A DNA stretch of 64,000 nt from an uncultured delta proteobacterium (GTDB lineage: Bacteria; Myxococcota_A; Polyangia; Palsa-1104), in the NCBI GenBank assembly GCA_963785725.1, contig CAWAWS010000007.1:640001-704000 (forward strand), given 5' to 3'. The position numbers and the translations under genes were made by a program. Positions 58,558 through 64,000 of this stretch are shown piece after piece. The notes beneath the pieces were generated by a model. It was given only the letters and a program-made list of their open reading frames with translations, was not told the origin of the DNA and made no database searches. Numbering within the stretch: position 1 is the stretch's first letter; each line of letters starts with the position of its first letter.

Positions 58558-59303
58558 CAGAAGCGCACCCCGTTGCCCGCGAACGCCACGCGCGCCGGCG
58601 TCGTCGCGGCCGCGTGCTGCCCGTGATGGCGGGTCTCGACGACGGCCATGATCACCGTCGCCACCGCCGCCGCCGCCGTGACGCCGATGAGCACGTCCGT
58701 CGCCACCGCCGTCGACTTGAGCCCGCTGATTTGCGCCCCCGAGCAGCCGGCCGCCGTCGCGCCGCAGCCGCTCTTCAGATCGCCGTGATGCACGACCGTA
58801 TACGACCCGACGCCGATGGCCGCGATGCCGGCGAGCCCGGTCGCGCCCACGAGCGCCCACGTGTACTTCAGCTTCGGCTTGTCACGCTGCGGTGCCGGCG
58901 CGACGACGACCGGCGCCGGCGCCACGACCGGCTCCGCCGCCTTGGCCAACGCCGCTTTTTGCCGCTGCTGCTCCTCGTCGCGCGCTTCCAAGGCGTGAAT
59001 GCGATCTTCGACTTTGGCCTTGTCGTCGGCTTCCGGCTTCTCGATCAGGTATTGGCGCAGGAGCAGGCTCGCCGGCTGGAAATGCTCGAGATGCTCCTCG
59101 CACGCCGCCATGTTGAAGTAGAGCGCCGGCGAGTGGGACAGCGAGTGGGCCTGCTCGAAGTCGTGCAGCGCCACGTCGTACCGGCCTTGATCGTAGGCGT
59201 CTACACCGGCGTCGAAGTAGGCCTTGGCCTTGGTCATCGTCTCGCGATCGGCCCAGGCGGGCGCGGCCACGCAAAGCAAGAGCAGTGCGGCTATGGGCTT
59301 CAT
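58557..59303 (-). CDS. myxobacterial TPR protein with C-terminal TM segments
   Basis: 'AKAYFDAGVDAYDQGRYDVAL..FEQAH.L..SPALYFNMAAC.E'. Confidence 0.75.
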   Translation of the reverse strand: MKPIAALLLLCVAAPAWADRETMTKAKAYFDAGVDAYDQGRYDVALHDFEQAHSLSHSPALYFNMAACEEHLEHFQPASLLLRQYLIEKPEADDKAKVEDRIHALEARDEEQQRQKAALAKAAEPVVAPAPVVVAPAPQRDKPKLKYTWALVGATGLAGIAAIGVGSYTVVHHGDLKSGCGATAAGCSGAQISGLKSTAVATDVLIGVTAAAAVATVIMAVVETRHHGQHAAATTPARVAFAGNGVRF

Positions 59304-59506
59304 CGAGTGGCCTCGCAGAGATCGGGGTCGCGACATCGTATCCTCGAACGGTGCTACGCCGCAATTGCGTGAATCATCCGGCATGGTCGACTGACCCCTT
59401 GCGATTTCGTCGGCCGGGGTTGATTGACACCATCGAACAGGTCGCCCAACACACCTAAAACGGCTGAAACGAGGACTTACGCGGCTCGCTAAATGCCGCT
59501 ACGCGT

Positions 59507-59522
59507 CGGCATGATTCTGGCT
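59507..59522 (+). promoter_or_regulatory. possible sigma-54 (-24/-12) promoter
   Basis: CGGCATGATTCTGGCT = GG-N10-GC, about 13 bp before the kinase ATG. Confidence 0.35.
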
Positions 59523-59534
59523 CTAGCGCGGGAC

Positions 59535-60818
59535 ATGTCGGTTGCCAGCGCGCACTCGGGACGTGGAGAACGCCTCGATCGTTATGAGCTCCTCGAGCCC
59601 ATCGGTCGCGGCGGCATGGCCGAGGTCTTTCGCGCCCGCATGCAGTCGCTCGGCGGTTTCGAGCGCGACGTCGCCGTCAAAGTGCTGCTGCCGCAATTCT
59701 CCAGCGAGCCGGAGTTCGTCGACATGCTGCTCGACGAGGCGCGCATCGCCGGATCAATCGTGCATCCGTGCGTCGTGCAGGTGCTCGACGTCGGGCGCGC
59801 GGGCGAGACGTTCTATCTCGTCATGGAGCTCGTCGAAGGCATCGATCTGCGTACGATCGCGCGCAGCGTGCCGTCGGGCATGTTGCCGCTGCCGATGGCG
59901 CTGTACATCGTCGGCGAGGTGCTGCGCGGCCTCGGCGCCGTGCACGCGGCGGTCGACGATCGCGGCCGGCCGCGCCAGATCATCCATCGCGACGTCTCGC
60001 CCGCGAACGTGCTCATCGACGATTCGGGCGCGGTGAAATTAGGCGACTTCGGCATCGCCCACGCGTCGGGGCGGCTGACGCGAACGCGCGTGGGCTTGGT
60101 CAAAGGCAAGTCGCGCTACATGGCGCCCGAGCAGCTGACGGGTAAGCCCGTCGATCATCGCGCCGATCTGTACGCCGTCGGGGTCACGCTGTTCGAGGCG
60201 CTGCTCGGCGACGTCGCGCGCGAGTCGTCGTACGCGACGCCTTACGGCCCGATGTTCACCTGGCCGCGGGTGCTGCCGCCGGCGCGCGTGCCGGCCGACG
60301 TCGCCGCGCTCTTGCAGCGCGCCGTCGTCGACGATCCGCGGCAGCGCTTCGCCGACGCGGCGCTGTTTCGCCGCGCGGTGATGGCGGCGCTGGCGCAGCA
60401 CGCGCCCGGCTACGACGCCGAGGCCTTGGCGCACGATCTCAAGCGCCTGCGCGGCGAACGCTCCGACTTCGACAACGACGTCGAGACGCTGTGTGAGTCG
60501 CCCGACGTCGCCACGACGCGCAGATCGCGGCCCAAGCTGGCCGCGCTCGCCGACTCGGGTCCACTGCGCGTCGCGGCGCCGTCGCATGTCGCCGTCCGCC
60601 CGCGCACTGCGACGCCCATCGCCGCGCCGAGCTTGTACGACGACGATCCCGCCGACGGCCTCTTCGCCGTCGCCGAGCGTTCGGGCGGCTATCGCGCGCT
60701 GCCGTTCGCGCCGTCGTCGGCGCTGCGGCTGCCGCGCTCGCCGTCGGCGCGTTGGCTCGTGCTCGCCGTCTCGGGCGTGCTCACGGCCTTGGCGATCGCC
60801 GCCGCCATCGCCTTCTAA
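59535..60818 (+). CDS. Ser/Thr protein kinase with C-terminal TM
   Basis: 'IGRGGMAEVF', 'VAVK', 'IIHRDVSPANVL', 'VKLGDFGIA', 'YMAPEQ'. Confidence 0.93.
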   Translation: MSVASAHSGRGERLDRYELLEPIGRGGMAEVFRARMQSLGGFERDVAVKVLLPQFSSEPEFVDMLLDEARIAGSIVHPCVVQVLDVGRAGETFYLVMELVEGIDLRTIARSVPSGMLPLPMALYIVGEVLRGLGAVHAAVDDRGRPRQIIHRDVSPANVLIDDSGAVKLGDFGIAHASGRLTRTRVGLVKGKSRYMAPEQLTGKPVDHRADLYAVGVTLFEALLGDVARESSYATPYGPMFTWPRVLPPARVPADVAALLQRAVVDDPRQRFADAALFRRAVMAALAQHAPGYDAEALAHDLKRLRGERSDFDNDVETLCESPDVATTRRSRPKLAALADSGPLRVAAPSHVAVRPRTATPIAAPSLYDDDPADGLFAVAERSGGYRALPFAPSSALRLPRSPSARWLVLAVSGVLTALAIAAAIAF

Positions 60819-60852
60819 CCCGCGGCCAGCCGATCACGCTCGACGTAAATCC

Positions 60853-61890
60853 CTACTGGCACTTGACGTTCGACAACGTGCCGCCGCCCGAGACGGTGTC
60901 GTCGCAGCCGACGACGTTGCCGGTGGCGGCGGCGTCGGCGATGTTGACCGCGAAGTGCGGCGCTTTGATCTGCGCGCTGTTGCCGTGGAAGACGTTGTTT
61001 TGCCCCCAGCCTTTGACGGCGACGTGAACCTGAAAGCCGTCGGTGAGCGAGTCGACGCCGACGTTGTCCGCGAGCGTGTAGCCGTTGCCTTTGACGTCGA
61101 CCCACGAGTCGGCGAAGTTCTGTCCCGACATGCCGGTGCCGTCGAAGTGGTTGCCCTGAATGACGCCGCCGCTCGTGCCTTCTTTGATGTCGATGTTCTC
61201 GGCGCCCGTGTGATCGATCATGTTGTCGAGGATCTGGTTGTCGTCCGATTTGTCGGGCCCGCCGCTCCAGTTCGACTGCGCGCTGCCGATGTAAACGCCC
61301 TCGCCGAAGCCCGGTGACTCCTGCCCGGTGTAGCTGACGTGCGAGCCCTGCAAGATGTTGTGCGTGCTGGCGGCGCGGAAGTGAACGCCCTCCTGTTCCG
61401 TTTTCTCGACGGTGAGCCCGGTCAGCACGTTGTCGCTGGCGCCGTCGAGCACGATCCCCTTCTCGCCACCCGAGACGGTGAAGCCGGACAGCACCCAAAA
61501 GCTCGCCTGCACGTGCACGCCGTAGCCGCCGCTCGCTTGCAAGACGGCGTTGCTGCTGCCGCAGAGCGCGATCGGCAGCTTCGACGTGCCCGACTTGGCG
61601 GCCACGAAGTTGCCCTTGTAGGTGCCGTCGGCGAGCTGGATGAGCTGGCCCGGCTTGGCGGCGGCGAGCGCCGACTTCAGCTGCGCCGCGGTCGACACGT
61701 CGGTGACGCCGCTCTTGGCGTACGCGCTGCAACTGCTACTGCTGCTACCGGTTCCGCTGCCGCTGCCCTTGTGCTGCGCGGCGCTGTCGTCGCCGTCGGG
61801 CGCGTCGGCCGGCGCGCAGCCGGGCGCCACCAGCAGCGCCGTCGAGATCGCGAGCGTACGAACGAAATGGCCGAGCCGAGCTGTGCGCAT
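60853..61890 (-). CDS. right-handed parallel beta-helix (pectin-lyase-fold) lipoprotein
   Basis: Lipobox 'VAPGC'; 'AKPGQLIQLADGTYKG', 'EGVHFR', 'GEGVYIG', 'AENIDIKEGT'. Confidence 0.8.
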   Translation of the reverse strand: MRTARLGHFVRTLAISTALLVAPGCAPADAPDGDDSAAQHKGSGSGTGSSSSSCSAYAKSGVTDVSTAAQLKSALAAAKPGQLIQLADGTYKGNFVAAKSGTSKLPIALCGSSNAVLQASGGYGVHVQASFWVLSGFTVSGGEKGIVLDGASDNVLTGLTVEKTEQEGVHFRAASTHNILQGSHVSYTGQESPGFGEGVYIGSAQSNWSGGPDKSDDNQILDNMIDHTGAENIDIKEGTSGGVIQGNHFDGTGMSGQNFADSWVDVKGNGYTLADNVGVDSLTDGFQVHVAVKGWGQNNVFHGNSAQIKAPHFAVNIADAAATGNVVGCDDTVSGGGTLSNVKCQ

Positions 61891-61954
61891 GAGGTCCTCC
61901 TGTGGACGGCAGGAGGAGCCAGCAGCGCGCCCTTCGTAGCACTCTTTTTTGCGA

Positions 61955-63052
61955 TTATTTCGTGGTGCCGGCTTGGTAGTGCGCTTGGACGCGGCTCAGC
62001 GGCAGCGCCATCGCGTAGACGGCGACCTCATCGATGACGCCGTTCCAGCCGAGGGCGCCCGAGCCGTCGTTGAAGGCGCCGCCGATGCCGAGCCCGCTCG
62101 TGGTCGCGTCGCCGTGAACGACGTCGCCGCTGTTGCCGGCCAGCATCGTGTCGAGCGCGCCGTCGATCCACAGATTCATGGCCGGCGACGCGCTCTCGTC
62201 ATAGGTGCCGACGATGTGATAGGCCTGCCCGGTCGCGATGGTGGCCGCGCTCGTGATCGTCGCCGCCGTCGTTTTACCGCCTGCGTGCACGTAAAACACG
62301 ACGTGATTGTCGGTCAGCATGAACGAGTAGACGGGCACGACCTTGCCGCCGCCGTAGTCGTATTGCAGCACGGTCGCGCCTTCGTTGCCGCCCGCCGACT
62401 GCAGCCACAGCTCGACCGACAGCGCCGTCTTGGGCGCGAGCGCGACACCGGCGGCGCGCACGCTGTTGCCGGCCACCGCCGCGCCGCCGGGAAAGCCGGC
62501 CGCGCCGTCGGCCGTCGCCGCTGAGTCGGCGAGCGGGCTCGGCTGATGCCGCGTGACCGAGGCGCCATAGGCGCCGTCGAGCCCGCCGGCCGAGTCGACC
62601 GCTGTCGTGCCCGTCGCTTCGCCCAAGTGGTAATAAGCGACCGGTGAATCGGCGAGCACGACGCCGAAGTAGTCGCCGCTCGCGATCCCGCCGTCGCCGT
62701 TTGGCGACGCCGCGCAGTCGAGCGCGGCGTCGACGACGTGATGCGGCGTCACCATCACGCTGCGCGCGGGACATTCACCGACGGCGAGCTGATTGCGCAG
62801 CGGCGTCGCCGTGAACGTGACGTCGCCGATGTCGGGGCGAAACGTGGCCACGAGCTGCAGCGTCCAGTCGCTGCCGCCGGGCGCTGGCTCGACGTGCGTG
62901 ACCGTGCCGAGCGGGCCCGTCGCGGTGATGCTGACTTGGTCGGCGACGACGCTGCCGTGGATGGCGAGCTGCACGCCGGTCGTGTCGTCGCAGCCGCACA
63001 GGCCGATGACGGCGGCGCAGACGATGAAGCCGTGCTTAATGACGATAGACAT
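61955..63052 (-). CDS. LamG/concanavalin-like domain lipoprotein
   Basis: 'VLADSPVAYYHLGE..GT.A.D', 'LSVELW', 'YHIVGTYD', 'GVIDEVAVY..AL..V.AHY'. Confidence 0.8.
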   Translation of the reverse strand: MSIVIKHGFIVCAAVIGLCGCDDTTGVQLAIHGSVVADQVSITATGPLGTVTHVEPAPGGSDWTLQLVATFRPDIGDVTFTATPLRNQLAVGECPARSVMVTPHHVVDAALDCAASPNGDGGIASGDYFGVVLADSPVAYYHLGEATGTTAVDSAGGLDGAYGASVTRHQPSPLADSAATADGAAGFPGGAAVAGNSVRAAGVALAPKTALSVELWLQSAGGNEGATVLQYDYGGGKVVPVYSFMLTDNHVVFYVHAGGKTTAATITSAATIATGQAYHIVGTYDESASPAMNLWIDGALDTMLAGNSGDVVHGDATTSGLGIGGAFNDGSGALGWNGVIDEVAVYAMALPLSRVQAHYQAGTTK

Positions 63053-64000
63053 CGAGCAGGCCCGTCTGTCCGACGACCTTGTTCAGCTCGGCCGGCTTGT
63101 GGCTCGCCACGTGCGTGTTGCCGCCGTGATGCGCGTGGCGCGTGGAGTCGGCGCGCGGCGGATTGCGCGGCGCCGGCGCGCTCGCCATCGGCGCGCTCGC
63201 CGGCGGCTCGGCGGTCGCGGCGACGGTCGCCGGCGCGCTCGCTGTGACGGCCATCTCCAGCTCGGCGCTGGCGAGCCGATCGGGCGCGCTCGGCGCGTCC
63301 CAGCCGCTCGCCGCCGCCGGTCGCAACCTGCCGTCGCCGTAAGCGTTCGCGCCGATGGCCAGCGTCGGCTCGGCGATCGGCGGCCGCGCCATCGTGCCGA
63401 CGAGCAGCATCACCGCCAGCGCCGCCGCGCCGCCGGTCGCGATGACGAGCGGGCGCAGCCGTCGCGCCCGCGGCGGCGTCACGCGCGTCGCCGAGGCGCT
63501 CGGCCACTCGACCGCCGGCCGCGGCGGCGGCGACGGCTCGGCGATGCGCTCCTTCACGAGCGCGACGCTCGCGTCGGTCGACCACGGCGTCCGCACCAGC
63601 TCGCGCGTAAGGTCGCGCTCGAAGTCGCCGGCGCTGCGATAACGCCGCGCCGGATCGGCCGCCAGCGCCTTCATGACGATCGCCTCCAGCGCCGGCGTCA
63701 CGTCGGGATTCCACTGCGACGGCGACGGAATCTCGCAGCGCATGTTGAGCCAGATGAGCTGCCCCTCTTCGCTCGCCTCGAACAGCCGCCGATGCGTCAA
63801 CAGCTCGAACAAGACGACGCCGGCCGCAAAAATATCGACGCGATGATCGTAGCGACCGGGACGCAGCATCTCGGGCGCCATGTAGCCGAGCTTGCCCTTG
63901 ATCTCGCCCGAGCGCGTCCGCGCGATGCCGCGCGCCAACGCCGCTTTGGCGACGCCGAAGTCGAGCAGCTTCACCGTGCCGTCGCGCTGGACCATGACGT
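63036..64000 (-). CDS. Ser/Thr protein kinase, 5'-truncated by the window edge
   Basis: 'VKLLDFGVAK', 'KGKLGYMAPE', 'DIFAAGVVLFE'; TM and extracellular tail. Confidence 0.9.
   Translation of the reverse strand, partial: VMVQRDGTVKLLDFGVAKAALARGIARTRSGEIKGKLGYMAPEMLRPGRYDHRVDIFAAGVVLFELLTHRRLFEASEEGQLIWLNMRCEIPSPSQWNPDVTPALEAIVMKALAADPARRYRSAGDFERDLTRELVRTPWSTDASVALVKERIAEPSPPPRPAVEWPSASATRVTPPRARRLRPLVIATGGAAALAVMLLVGTMARPPIAEPTLAIGANAYGDGRLRPAAASGWDAPSAPDRLASAELEMAVTASAPATVAATAEPPASAPMASAPAPRNPPRADSTRHAHHGGNTHVASHKPAELNKVVGQTGLLDVYRH

Overview
This is a very GC-rich bacterial window whose gene content (Ser/Thr kinases, FHA and TPR proteins, many lipoproteins, crtC) looks myxobacterial/Polyangia-like; the taxonomy is an inference. 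Core genes are crtC plus a glycosyltransferase, boxR-boxC-boxB (boxB riddled with indels), pgi-gnd, lhr, a polyprenyl synthase, a MocR/PNPOx-GNAT/GST locus, mdh and icd (with one in-frame TAG). The main discovery is a tandem array of integrated elements at the 3' end of icd. Three copies of the last icd codons (IANM*, IANM*, IATM*) lie at 55867-55881, 46862-46876 and 44633-44647, with homologous flanking arms carrying GGATAC-type repeats spaced 11 bp apart. They delimit (i) a ~9 kb island with a tyrosine integrase, two different HEPN-like proteins, a 2TM-GAF protein and phage/satellite remnants, and (ii) a ~2.2 kb integrase-less sister element. Both elements start with paralogues of the same uncharacterised lipoprotein. 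Several spacer-less tandem repeats occur, one forming a chain of translationally coupled repeat mini-ORFs after boxR. No rRNA, tRNA or CRISPR array was recognised. All product calls come from motif recognition by eye, not from database searches.
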